Positions 8,220-17,469 of a stretch of 64,000 nt of DNA are shown in pieces. Origin of the DNA: Bdellovibrionota bacterium. GTDB taxonomy: Bacteria > Bdellovibrionota_C > UBA2361 > OMII01. A program made the position numbers and the translations under genes. Each line of letters opens with the position of its first letter. The first letter of the stretch is position 1. Under the pieces are notes generated by a model. The model worked only from the letters and a program-made list of their open reading frames with translations. It searched no databases and was not told the DNA's origin. The DNA is taken from assembly GCA_044345405.1 (NCBI GenBank), contig JBIJBE010000016.1, positions 11,040-75,039 of the forward strand. The letters are read 5' to 3'.

Positions 8220-10046
8220 GTGATGAAAACGAATCCCGCGGAGCTCAAGACTGTGCTTGTTACCGATTGTGGCTCAACCACAACAAAAGCGCTTCTCTTT
8301 GAGCGTCGTGAGGATAGGTGGCACCAGACCTTTCGAGGTGAGGCGCCCACGACGGTCGAGGAGCCTACGGCGGACGTGACCATCGGTGCCGTGAACGCAT
8401 TTACGGAGGTTCAGGAGTTAAGTGGTCGAGCGATCGTTACGGAGGGCGAGTCTCCCTTCGTCGTAACGGAAGGTGATCCATCTCAAGGCATCGATCTCTA
8501 TCTCTCGACGAGCTCCGCGGGTGGTGGTTTGCAGATGCTCGTCGCCGGGGTTGTTCGAAATATCACAACTGAGTCCGCTGAGCGCGCGGCGCTTGGCGCT
8601 GGCGCAATCGTGATGGAGTCCGTCTCAGCGGATGATGGACGGGAGGATTACGAGCGGATTGAAAAGATTCGGCATATTAAGCCTGATATCGTTTTAGTGA
8701 CCGGGGGTGTCGATGGCGGCGCGACAAGTCACGTTGTGGAGATGGCGGAGATCCTGGTGGCTGCGTCCCCGCGTCCTCGATTCGGTGATACGTTAAAGCT
8801 GCCGGTTATCTACGCCGGTAACGCCGAGGCGGCCGACGAAGTTGCTCAGATCCTCTCGAAAAAAGCGCAGGTTGTGGTCGTGCCGAATGTCAGACCAACG
8901 CTCGAACAGGAAAACCTCGGTCCGGCGCGCGAAGCGATTCATGAATTTTTCCTCTCGCACGTCATGAGCCACTCACCTGGATATGGGAAGCTCATGTCGT
9001 GGAGTCCGATTGCCATTATGCCCACCCCCGCGGCCGTGGGAGATATCGTGCAGATGTACGCGAAGCAGACGGGACAAAATGTCCTGTGTGTAGATATCGG
9101 AGGAGCTACAACCGATGTTTTCTCAGTGTTTGTAGATCGAGCGGGAGCGCACGCGTTTAACCGCACAGTGAGCGCGAATCTTGGCATGAGTTACTCGGTG
9201 GCGAACGTGCTTGTTGAGGCCGGCGTTTCGAATATAGCCAGGTGGCTTCCCTTTGACCTTAGCGAGACTGAGCTGCGTGACCGTTTGCGTAATAAGATGA
9301 TCCGTCCAACTTCGATCCCGCAGACAGTTCACGACCTCTGGCTTGAGCAGGCGGTATGCAGAGAGGCGCTTCGTCTATCACTCGATCATCACCGCTCCCT
9401 CGCGATCGGTCTTGAAGGGAAGCGAGAGAAGGGGATAGCCGACGTGTTTAAGCAATCCTCAGAGCGTTATGAGCTCGTTGACCTCATGCGCCTCGATGTG
9501 GCGATCGGATCTGGTGGAGTGCTGAGTCATGCTCCCTCACGGATGCAAGCGGCACTCATGCTGGTCGAGGGCTTTGGCTTGCAGGGAATAACGCAGCTCG
9601 CGGTGGATTCTATATTTATGATGCCACACCTGGGGGTTCTGGCGTCCGTGCATCCGCAAGCCGCGCGGGAGGTTTTTGAGAACGATTGCCTGATCTACTT
9701 AGGGCCATCAGTCGTTCCAGTGTATCCCGCTAAACGTCAGGTGCAGGGAGAGTTGGCGACCGTATTCCTTAATAACCAAACCCTTGGCTCCGTCATCGCT
9801 GGCGCCGTAACGCGATTAGCAACCCCAAGCTCGGGTAAGGGAACCCTTCGGGTCGTTCCATCGCACGGGTTTGTGGATGTTGGAGGTGGTCCCGGTAAGC
9901 CGTTCGAACGAGAGGTAACCTTGGGTGAATGTGGTGTCGTGTGTGATGGGCGAAATCGACCTTTCACTTTGCCAGAGCCGCGCGCTGCAGCACAACGAAG
10001 TGTATTTTCCAACCTAGGACTTCTCGGGGAGGCGGCAGATGTCTAA
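8220..10046 (+). CDS. GlmL ('glutamate mutase L')-like ASKHA/actin-fold ATPase
   Basis: Phosphate-1 DCGSTTTK, SSAGGGL, GGVDGG, VIYAGN, PTPAAV, phosphate-2 DIGGATTDVFS, RTVSANLGM. Confidence 0.85.
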   Translation: MMKTNPAELKTVLVTDCGSTTTKALLFERREDRWHQTFRGEAPTTVEEPTADVTIGAVNAFTEVQELSGRAIVTEGESPFVVTEGDPSQGIDLYLSTSSAGGGLQMLVAGVVRNITTESAERAALGAGAIVMESVSADDGREDYERIEKIRHIKPDIVLVTGGVDGGATSHVVEMAEILVAASPRPRFGDTLKLPVIYAGNAEAADEVAQILSKKAQVVVVPNVRPTLEQENLGPAREAIHEFFLSHVMSHSPGYGKLMSWSPIAIMPTPAAVGDIVQMYAKQTGQNVLCVDIGGATTDVFSVFVDRAGAHAFNRTVSANLGMSYSVANVLVEAGVSNIARWLPFDLSETELRDRLRNKMIRPTSIPQTVHDLWLEQAVCREALRLSLDHHRSLAIGLEGKREKGIADVFKQSSERYELVDLMRLDVAIGSGGVLSHAPSRMQAALMLVEGFGLQGITQLAVDSIFMMPHLGVLASVHPQAAREVFENDCLIYLGPSVVPVYPAKRQVQGELATVFLNNQTLGSVIAGAVTRLATPSSGKGTLRVVPSHGFVDVGGGPGKPFEREVTLGECGVVCDGRNRPFTLPEPRAAAQRSVFSNLGLLGEAADV

Positions 10047-11148
10047 GGCGCTCACACCCGCACTAGCTGTTACCTCTCGGGCTACGATTCGTCGCCGCCG
10101 CGATCTTCCGATCGCGGGTGAGGTGCTCGTAAGGGAAGGGGACGTAGTCGCCGGTTCTCAGGTGGTAGCTCGCGCGCAGCTTGATGGTGAGTTGCGGCTG
10201 GTACGGGTCGCGGAGTTACTCGGTATCCCCGCTTCCGATCTTCCAACGGCCTTACGAGTCGTGGAGGGTGACAAGGTCGAAGAGGGCACCCTGATTGCGG
10301 AGCTCCGCGGGCTTTGGGGGCTCTTTCGAAGCACGGTGATGTCACCGATTACTGGAACGGTTGAGTTTATCTCAAGCGCCACAGGACACGTGGGGGTGCG
10401 CGCGCCATCCACGCCCCTTAATCTCTCAGCGTATATTGATGGTCGTGTGGTCGGTGTTGAGCCGCAACGGTCGGTTATCATCGAGGCTGAGAGTACCTTC
10501 GTGCAGGGAATCTTTGGCGTGGGTGGGGAGCGACGGGGAAAACTTCGCGTGCTACCAGTCTCGCCCGATACCGTTTTGACCGAGGAGCATATCCCCGATC
10601 GCGCGGAGGGTGAGGTGCTCGTTGGTGGACATTCGCCAACCAGTGGCGCGCTCGCTAAGGCGGTGAAGGGTGGCGCTGTCGGATGTATCACCGGTTCTAT
10701 CGATGATCGAACGCTCCGTGAGTACGTGGGTTACGATATCGGAGTGGCGTTAACGGGGGACGAGGATGTTTCTATGACCCTCATTTTGACTGAAGGCTTT
10801 GGCTCCCTCTCTCTCAGCGATCGGGTACTCGCTACGCTGCGCGCCATTGATGGTCAGATCGTCTCGATAAATGGGGCCACGCAGGTTCGAGCGGGGGCGC
10901 AACGTCCTGAGATTATCGGCCCGATGGGGCCCGTGCGGCATGACCACGACGGCGGTGAGCGATCGCTCTCGGTGGGGGCTCGTATTCGGGTGATTCGGGT
11001 TCCCTATTTCGGAGTGTTGGGAACTGTAACAGACCTTCCCCATGAACTTTCTCAGATCGAAACGGGAGCGTCTGTGAGGGTGCTCGTCGCCACGCTCGAC
11101 GACGGTCGACAGGTTGCCGTGCCCCGGGCTAACGTGGAGCTGCTATAG
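10039..11148 (+). CDS. Conserved hypothetical protein with barrel-sandwich-hybrid-like repeats and a C-terminal KOW/SH3-like domain
   Basis: GEVLVREGDVV, VVEGDKVEEG, SPITGTV, AYIDGRV repeats; VQGIFGVGGE; LTEGFG; GARIRVIRVPYFG..G.V; VPRANVELL. 8-nt overlap with the ATPase gene. Confidence 0.78.
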   Translation: MSKALTPALAVTSRATIRRRRDLPIAGEVLVREGDVVAGSQVVARAQLDGELRLVRVAELLGIPASDLPTALRVVEGDKVEEGTLIAELRGLWGLFRSTVMSPITGTVEFISSATGHVGVRAPSTPLNLSAYIDGRVVGVEPQRSVIIEAESTFVQGIFGVGGERRGKLRVLPVSPDTVLTEEHIPDRAEGEVLVGGHSPTSGALAKAVKGGAVGCITGSIDDRTLREYVGYDIGVALTGDEDVSMTLILTEGFGSLSLSDRVLATLRAIDGQIVSINGATQVRAGAQRPEIIGPMGPVRHDHDGGERSLSVGARIRVIRVPYFGVLGTVTDLPHELSQIETGASVRVLVATLDDGRQVAVPRANVELL

Positions 11149-11167
11149 CCCGTGAAGGAGCCCTCGC

Positions 11168-12091
11168 ATGTTTGAGAAGATAGCAAAGACCCGCGCGAAG
11201 TTCTGGTTCTTGGGGCTCTCCACTCTTGTGGTCGTTGTGGGGATAGTTGGATATCTGGTGGAGGGGCGTCGGACACTCCCGCTTCCTCCGGTCATGCGGA
11301 TCGTCACCGATCCGGCCTCAAAGGCTCAGCACCTTCAGGTGCCACTTCTTCACTACACCAAGGGCTCGCGATTGAAAGATCAGATAGTCCTTGATTTTGT
11401 CGGCGCCGTACATCTCGGTGAGAAATCGTACTACGGAGATCTCAATAAACGCTTTGCCTCATATGACGCCGTGTTGTTTGAGTTGGTGAGTGATGGGAAT
11501 AACCTACCAGCCATCGGGGAAGAACGACCGGATTCTCTGCTTGGAACCGTGCAGCGAGCCTTTAGCAATCTCCTTGGTCTCTCATTTCAGCTTGATGAGG
11601 TGAACTATCGCGCTAAGAATTTCATACACGCCGACCTTTCCCCCGAGGAATTAAGTGACGCGATGGCGGCGAGAGGGGAGAGCTTGCCTCAACTTCTTAT
11701 GAAGCTCGTTAAGCTCTCAACTGACCCAGAAATTAAAAAATCTCTGGAGGCCAATGGCTACAAGGAGAGTAGTCTGGAGGGGATTAATCCGCTGCTTATT
11801 CTGTTGCGAGGGCCAACGCAGGAGGACCGCTTAAAGATTCGCCGATTCATGGCGCAAGGGCTGGTTGGCTCCGACGCCATGATGAAGGTGCTTGAGGGTG
11901 ATAATGGGTTTTCACTCATCACCGATAGGAATAGTGAGGTCATGGCAGTTCTCAACAGAGAGACCGCACTCGGAAAGCGCAAGATCGCCATATTCTACGG
12001 CGTTGGTCACCTCCCCGATCTACATAAAAGATTCCTAGAGCAGGGCTATCGACTGGCGAAGGTTGAGTGGTTGACCGCTTGGAACATGTGA
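11168..12091 (+). CDS. TraB/GumN (Tiki)-superfamily membrane-anchored protein
   Basis: N-terminal TM; VGAVHLG, VLFEL, DRN, AIFYGVGHLPDL putative metal-ligand motifs. Confidence 0.6.
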   Translation: MFEKIAKTRAKFWFLGLSTLVVVVGIVGYLVEGRRTLPLPPVMRIVTDPASKAQHLQVPLLHYTKGSRLKDQIVLDFVGAVHLGEKSYYGDLNKRFASYDAVLFELVSDGNNLPAIGEERPDSLLGTVQRAFSNLLGLSFQLDEVNYRAKNFIHADLSPEELSDAMAARGESLPQLLMKLVKLSTDPEIKKSLEANGYKESSLEGINPLLILLRGPTQEDRLKIRRFMAQGLVGSDAMMKVLEGDNGFSLITDRNSEVMAVLNRETALGKRKIAIFYGVGHLPDLHKRFLEQGYRLAKVEWLTAWNM

Positions 12092-12101
12092 GGAAGCGCG
12101 T

Positions 12102-12620
12102 ATGAAGGTGATGGAGTATATTCGTCCGGGAGCGATAGTAACGAGGGGATACGCTGAGCGGTTGCTGAAAGGGATAATGCCTGAGAACTTCGCTCGCTTT
12201 CCCCTTACAAACGGCGCTCAGGTAACGATTAATCATCCCGCCTTTGTTTTTGGGCATCTCGCGTTGTACCCGAGTTTGATCGCGGAGATGACCGGGATCT
12301 CGAGTAAGGGAATGGAGATACCGGCGACCTACTCCGATCTCTTCAAGATGGGAGTTCCGTGCCAGGACGATCCGAACGGCACGATCTATCCGTGTATGGA
12401 GGAGATAGTGCGCACGTTTTTTTCGGGCACCGACGCGCTCATCGCGGCACTTGATACGATCTCGCCTGAGAGCCTTGACGTAGTACTTGAAAACCCCTCA
12501 CGTCGGGAACGATTCGGAACGGTCGGGGCTTTTTTGGCGTATATTCTTCTCGCGCACCCACAGTCGCACCTAGGGCAAGTGAGTGGTTGGCGTCGGTGCA
12601 TGGGACTTGGTCCCGCTTAA
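12102..12620 (+). CDS. DinB/YfiT-family protein
   Basis: NHPAFVFGHLA near the N-terminus and HPQSHLGQVSGWRR at the C-terminus (His triad). Confidence 0.8.
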   Translation: MKVMEYIRPGAIVTRGYAERLLKGIMPENFARFPLTNGAQVTINHPAFVFGHLALYPSLIAEMTGISSKGMEIPATYSDLFKMGVPCQDDPNGTIYPCMEEIVRTFFSGTDALIAALDTISPESLDVVLENPSRRERFGTVGAFLAYILLAHPQSHLGQVSGWRRCMGLGPA

Positions 12621-12627
12621 ACCGTGC

Positions 12628-13194
12628 CTATTGCTGCGACATCTTCTGGATCTCCTCATCCTCAAGGAGTACCTTCTTGATGTCCGCCAAGGTGACAAGG
12701 GTTGGTCGCGGACTCACCGGCGAACGTGATTTAGAGAGATCTTTTGTCGCGGTAGCCGCGACCTCTAAGTTGGATACCACCTTCTTCAGCATGCCGTGAA
12801 CCGTTCTCTGCCAGTTCATGAGCTCTTCGATGTGTTGGATCTCCTGGTCTACTTGGTCCAGAGGTGAGTTTTCGTTTATCGGGCTGTTCACACGCTCAAG
12901 GATGCAGAGAGCTTGAGAGTACTCCCGAGTCGCGAGATGATGGCGAACATCGTCATCAACCAGTTCAAGGCGATTGAGGGTCTCTTTGAGTTTTACCCAT
13001 TCGTTGTCTGAGAAGACCGCGCAGTACTCGTCCGAGTGCTTCTCGAGTGTGAGGATGTGACTTCTAAAATCGCCCACCTTCTCTTGAAACCACCGTGATT
13101 GAGCGTAGGCGCGAGCTCGAACGGGATCTCTCACAAAAAAGTACCAGCCGCAAACACCGAGAGCCCCTGCCGCTATCAGAACGAGTGCAAACAT
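12628..13194 (-). CDS. Hypothetical membrane-anchored helical protein
   Basis: 188-aa ORF with N-terminal TM, convergent with the DinB-family gene. Confidence 0.65.
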   Translation of the reverse strand: MFALVLIAAGALGVCGWYFFVRDPVRARAYAQSRWFQEKVGDFRSHILTLEKHSDEYCAVFSDNEWVKLKETLNRLELVDDDVRHHLATREYSQALCILERVNSPINENSPLDQVDQEIQHIEELMNWQRTVHGMLKKVVSNLEVAATATKDLSKSRSPVSPRPTLVTLADIKKVLLEDEEIQKMSQQ

Positions 13195-13435
13195 GAGAAG
13201 AACACCAAAACTATAGACGTCCGTATGAAAGGAGAAGACGGCGAAAAACTGAAAGTTCTAAACGGTTAGGGGCTTTTTAGTGTGCATACCGCAACTCTCT
13301 CCCGCCTCGTCTCCACCGCTACGATGGCCAGCGTGGAGCAAATAATTGAAATGCCTTCGGTTTCGCCTTGTAGTGGCGCCTTACCTGCACCGCCGACGAG
13401 GTCTACGGGTATTTCGTAAAAACCTGGGCAAAGGC

Positions 13436-14293
13436 TTAGAGATCTGTTGTCTCCATCAAGGGGATGCTCTTGGGCTCATCGGGCCAGATCTGTTTGAACG
13501 CTATCTGTGCCTCTTGATCTGGGATCCGCGTGTTGTCTCCATCAAGAAGTAGCGAATCAGGATATCCCGGAACTATCTTCTCGATGAGGACCTGAAGATC
13601 GCTCACCGTGAAAATAATTCGCCAACCCCCGCACCCCATCTGCCGTTGGTTTTCCTGCCACTTGCGAATTCTGCGAGTTCGGTGAATCGATGGATCGCGG
13701 CTGAGCGCGTCCTGAGCCCGATCCATAAAGAAGACACCCCAGTTTTGCCGCAGCCACTCGATCTGAGCGGTGGCGAGAGGGGCGTAGGTTACCGTGTATC
13801 GACTCGGCTCCAGGAGCTTCTCCTCAACGCTTGAGATCCATCCCATAGACGCGTCCGGAAATGCGTCAACCGTTGGGACGTACGGCTTGATATCGAGGAT
13901 CGGCGTTCCGTCCACGAGATCGGTATTACCGACGATGATGTTGAGCTTTTCAATTCCAAGAAGAGGAACCGCTGTTATTCCTATTGGATTCGGGCGATGG
14001 GGTGAGCGGGTAGCAAAGACCCCTCTCCGTGTCGCCTCTCCTCTCGGTGGGAGCACGAGGGGGCGCCACGTTGCGTTTTTGTGAAACCACCAGATGAGCC
14101 AGACGCGATCGAATGAGGAGAGGTCCCTCAAGGCGACGTCGTACCCCTTTCCAGGATAGAGCTGAATAACGTTCCTCTCTTCGTCCGAATTCCTGGGCTG
14201 ATGGGGCGAGTCAAATTTAGTCCGCATGTTAGTGCGGATGACGCCGATCGGCTCAAAGGAGAGAGGTTCTAGGTCTGAGGGCGACTTTGTCAT
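13436..14293 (-). CDS. tsaA: tRNA (N6-threonylcarbamoyladenosine37-N6)-methyltransferase TrmO
   Basis: PIGVI, VWLIWWFH, GVFATRSPHRPNPIG, DLVDGTPILDIKPY. Confidence 0.92.
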   Translation of the reverse strand: MTKSPSDLEPLSFEPIGVIRTNMRTKFDSPHQPRNSDEERNVIQLYPGKGYDVALRDLSSFDRVWLIWWFHKNATWRPLVLPPRGEATRRGVFATRSPHRPNPIGITAVPLLGIEKLNIIVGNTDLVDGTPILDIKPYVPTVDAFPDASMGWISSVEEKLLEPSRYTVTYAPLATAQIEWLRQNWGVFFMDRAQDALSRDPSIHRTRRIRKWQENQRQMGCGGWRIIFTVSDLQVLIEKIVPGYPDSLLLDGDNTRIPDQEAQIAFKQIWPDEPKSIPLMETTDL

Positions 14294-14417
14294 GGCTAGG
14301 CGATCACTATGCCCTTATTTTTCTCGGTAATCTAGGTTAGGGGAGCGGTCTCAAGGGGTAGTATTATCGGTGGGTTAAAAGCTCTGTGCGGGGGAGGATG
14401 CGCCCTCCCCATCCCAC

Positions 14418-14613
14418 GTGAGCGTGCTCGTAAACGTAAACGTGAACGTACACGAAGAAGGGCCGCTAGGTGTGCGGATGGTTTGAGCGCACGGCCCCAC
14501 CCGTTTTCATCGGAGGCTTCCTGGTCCGCGTAGCAATTATCGGATTTCTTATCCCTTTTCTGGGGTCATAGCGATTTGGGTACGTTCACGTTTACGTCTA
14601 CGAGCACGTTCAC
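14418..14613. repeat. 34-bp inverted repeat pair built from ACGTRA-like hexamers, enclosing 128 bp
   Basis: 14418-14451 GTGAGCGTGCTCGTAAACGTAAACGTGAACGTAC versus the reverse complement of 14580-14613: 32/34 identical. Confidence 0.9.
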
Positions 14614-14760
14614 CTCCCAAACGTTCCTCGACACTCTACGGTGCAGGTGTACGTTTGGCCGCGAACCGGCACTAAGCATACCCTCTTCCGACGAACAATC
14701 GGGGTGTTACCCCTCAATTTGCCCCGACTGAGGGATCGGGGTATACCCTTTTGAATTCCT

Positions 14761-15288
14761 ATGAATCAGCACTCTCACACGGCAATTATCGCTTTTGGCG
14801 GCAATCTTGGGGATCCTATCGCGACGTTGCGGCGGGCTCTACCTATGATCGAAGAGGTTGTGGGGCCGATCGTCAAGCTCTCCTCGCTCTACGAAACCAA
14901 GGCGTTGACCTTGCGAGGAGAGGAGCACCCCAACTATGTGAACGCGGTGCTTGAGGTGTCCACCACCTCGGAGCCGGAGGGGATCTTGAGAGAGCTCCTT
15001 CGCATTGAACACGAGCTCGGAAGAGATCGCTCCCCTGACAAACGGTGGGAGCCGAGAACTATCGACCTCGATCTTCTCTTTGTCGGATCGACCGTTCTGA
15101 GCACTCCCTCCCTTAAGGTACCTCATCCAGAGATGGCGAAGCGGGACTTTGTGATAGAGCCGCTAGCCGAGATAGTTGGAGATTTTGTACATCCTATCCT
15201 TGGTGAGAGCATGACCGATCTAAAAGCTGCTCTTCTCGCCAGTGGTGCCGAGCGATTTGTCATTCGCACCTTTCCTTTTGAGCAATGA
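14761..15288 (+). CDS. folK: 2-amino-4-hydroxy-6-hydroxymethyldihydropteridine diphosphokinase
   Basis: IAFGGNLGD, SSLYET, YVNAV, IEHELGR, WEPRTIDLDLL, VPHP, RDFVIEPLAEI. Confidence 0.95.
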   Translation: MNQHSHTAIIAFGGNLGDPIATLRRALPMIEEVVGPIVKLSSLYETKALTLRGEEHPNYVNAVLEVSTTSEPEGILRELLRIEHELGRDRSPDKRWEPRTIDLDLLFVGSTVLSTPSLKVPHPEMAKRDFVIEPLAEIVGDFVHPILGESMTDLKAALLASGAERFVIRTFPFEQ

Positions 15289-15449
15289 TTTTTGAGTCGC
15301 TTGCAAGTTTGTAGCGAGCAGGACTTTGTGTCGCCCCGACGTGAGCGTACCCGAACGAGGTTGCTCCGTTATTCGCCACTCAATCTAGAGAACGTACCCA
15401 GCGTAATCAGAGTGAGGAAAGGGATGTTCGTGTAGGTTGACGTTCATGA

Positions 15450-16268
15450 TCACAGGATGCGCCACTCGGGCATGCTGACATCAGCGGCCGAGAGCGCCTC
15501 CCGTTGTCGCGCCACGTTGTGAACTCGAAGATAGGTAGGGACGTCGTGGGCCACCTGTCGGACGGCCGCAGCTCCAATGCGCGCCGAAATATCATCCTTA
15601 GCCTCAAGATCCATCTCTCCAAGTAGTTTAAGAAATCCCTTTCGAGAGCAACCGAGAAGAATTCCTCCCTGGGTTGAGGCAAGTTCTCCCAAGCTTTCAG
15701 CGATGAGCCATGAGACCTTCGGATCGGAGCTGATAAAGGCGCCCATTCCAGGATCGACGATCAGGCGGTGGTTCTCGATACCGGCGTTGACGCACACCGT
15801 AATCGTCTCCCTGATCCAGGATGAGATTCCAGAGAGCGCCGATTCGAAGGGAAATCCATCTCCAAATTGGTGAGCGCCCCCGTGTGGATTGCACATGAAT
15901 ATATACGACGCGCGACTCAGAGCGACGACACGTAGCATTTCGGGAGATCGTTGGCCCGACACGTCGTTAATAAAAGTGGCGCCGGAGTCGATGGCTCGTC
16001 GCGCTATCTCTGGGTGATGGGTGTCGACGGATATCGGAAGGCGGTGCGCGAGGTGAGAGAGGAGCGGGTTGATACGTCGCCATTCCTCCTCAACTCCCGG
16101 GCAGGTAGAACCTGGTCGCGTCGAGTCTCCTCCGATATCCAGCACATCGACGCCTTCGTCGATCAAACGGCGCGCAGTCTCGGTAAGGCGTTCGTACGAT
16201 ACATCGCCAGTGCTATCAGAGAAGCTATCGGGCGTGCAGTTAAGGATACCTACGATTTTGGTCGCCAT
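15450..16268 (-). CDS. folP: Dihydropteroate synthase
   Basis: GILNCTPDSFSD, DIGGDSTRPG, SVDT, INDVSG, DPGMG, SRKGF, RVHNV. Confidence 0.93.
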   Translation of the reverse strand: MATKIVGILNCTPDSFSDSTGDVSYERLTETARRLIDEGVDVLDIGGDSTRPGSTCPGVEEEWRRINPLLSHLAHRLPISVDTHHPEIARRAIDSGATFINDVSGQRSPEMLRVVALSRASYIFMCNPHGGAHQFGDGFPFESALSGISSWIRETITVCVNAGIENHRLIVDPGMGAFISSDPKVSWLIAESLGELASTQGGILLGCSRKGFLKLLGEMDLEAKDDISARIGAAAVRQVAHDVPTYLRVHNVARQREALSAADVSMPEWRIL

Positions 16269-16383
16269 ACATAGTGGTGTGTAGCACCTTTTCGAGGGGG
16301 CGGCTACGATCAGGGAAAGACCCCGTAATGTGCTATGAGAGAGCGACTAGCGCCCTCATTCTCCGTGGAATACTCTTCTAGGC

Positions 16384-17055
16384 ATGAGCGCTGAGTATCA
16401 TCTGACACCCGAAGAGCAACAGATAGCGGACCGCTTCCATGACCTGTACTACACCAAGCGTGTGGGACCAGGGCATCATCGTATCTGGGAGCAAACGAAG
16501 TGGATGGGGTATCCGGTACTCAAGACACCGGCTGACCTGTGGGTCTATCAGGAGATCCTCTTCGAGACGAAACCGGACCTGGTCATCGAGACAGGAACCT
16601 ACGCAAGTGGTACCACCCTCTTTATCGCGCAGATGATGGATCTGATAGGAAAGGGAAAGATCGTATCGATCGACATCCAGGAGCTCTCTATTCGAGCTCG
16701 TCATCCCCGAATAACGTACCTTTCCGGTTCAAGCGCTGATCCAGCGATCGCCACATCCGCCGCCGCTCATGCGGCGCCGGGCGAGTCGTGTCTCGTGATC
16801 CTTGATTCCGATCACACGCAGGCTCATGTAGCGGCGGAGCTCTCACTCTTTGCTCCCCTTGTAACGGTCGGAAGTTATCTCATCGTTGAGGATTCGAACG
16901 TAAACGGACATCCGGTCTATCCGTCTTTTGGCCCTGGCCCGTATGAGGCGATCTCGGATTTCCTGCGGCGGCATCCGTCATTCGCGCCTGATAAATCTCG
17001 CGAGAAATTCCTCGTGAGTTGGAATCCGAACGGATACCTCCGTAGGGATGCCTAA
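16384..17055 (+). CDS. CmcI/cephalosporin hydroxylase-family (rhamnosyl O-) methyltransferase
   Basis: WMG..VLK.P.DL..YQEI, KPDLVIETGT..GT, VILDSDH...HV..EL, GSYLIVED, PGP..A. Confidence 0.88.
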   Translation: MSAEYHLTPEEQQIADRFHDLYYTKRVGPGHHRIWEQTKWMGYPVLKTPADLWVYQEILFETKPDLVIETGTYASGTTLFIAQMMDLIGKGKIVSIDIQELSIRARHPRITYLSGSSADPAIATSAAAHAAPGESCLVILDSDHTQAHVAAELSLFAPLVTVGSYLIVEDSNVNGHPVYPSFGPGPYEAISDFLRRHPSFAPDKSREKFLVSWNPNGYLRRDA

Positions 17056-17469
17056 AGGCGACTCCCTGAGGAGCTATCGAAGTTCCGTTATGGGGAGAGG
17101 TGGGCGCGGGAACGTTCGCGAAGCTAGAATTTCCCACGCCTTAAATTCTGGCCCATACATCACTGAAATCTTCCTCTTGGCGAGGAGGAGAGCGTTATGA
17201 ACCAGGCCGGAGCGCTTCCGACCATACCCGGACCCAGGTATAGGCATTGGAGTTCTCAGGGGTCTAGATCACGGGTGAGATATTGCTAAGAGCCTAGAAT
17301 CGCGGGTCTTAGCTGACCTTATTGAAGTGCTGCTTTGGAAAATCAGATTTTGGGAGGCAAAGCGGGGAGACAGATATCCACCAAGAAGTCGGCCATGGCC
17401 TAAAATTCTACGTTAATGCTCGGATATGGGGTAAGCTTCGGCTAACGAGGGTCTCGGGAGTGAGAGCGC

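Noticed and set aside
8220-10046. Reading the GlmL/'MutL'-like gene as DNA mismatch-repair MutL or as proof of glutamate fermentation
   Set aside because: Its motifs are ASKHA/actin-fold, not GHKL, and no glutamate mutase subunits or B12-binding motif occur in the window.
14418-14613. CRISPR array or complete IS element
   Set aside because: There are only two arms in inverted orientation, with no spacers, cas genes or transposase ORF.
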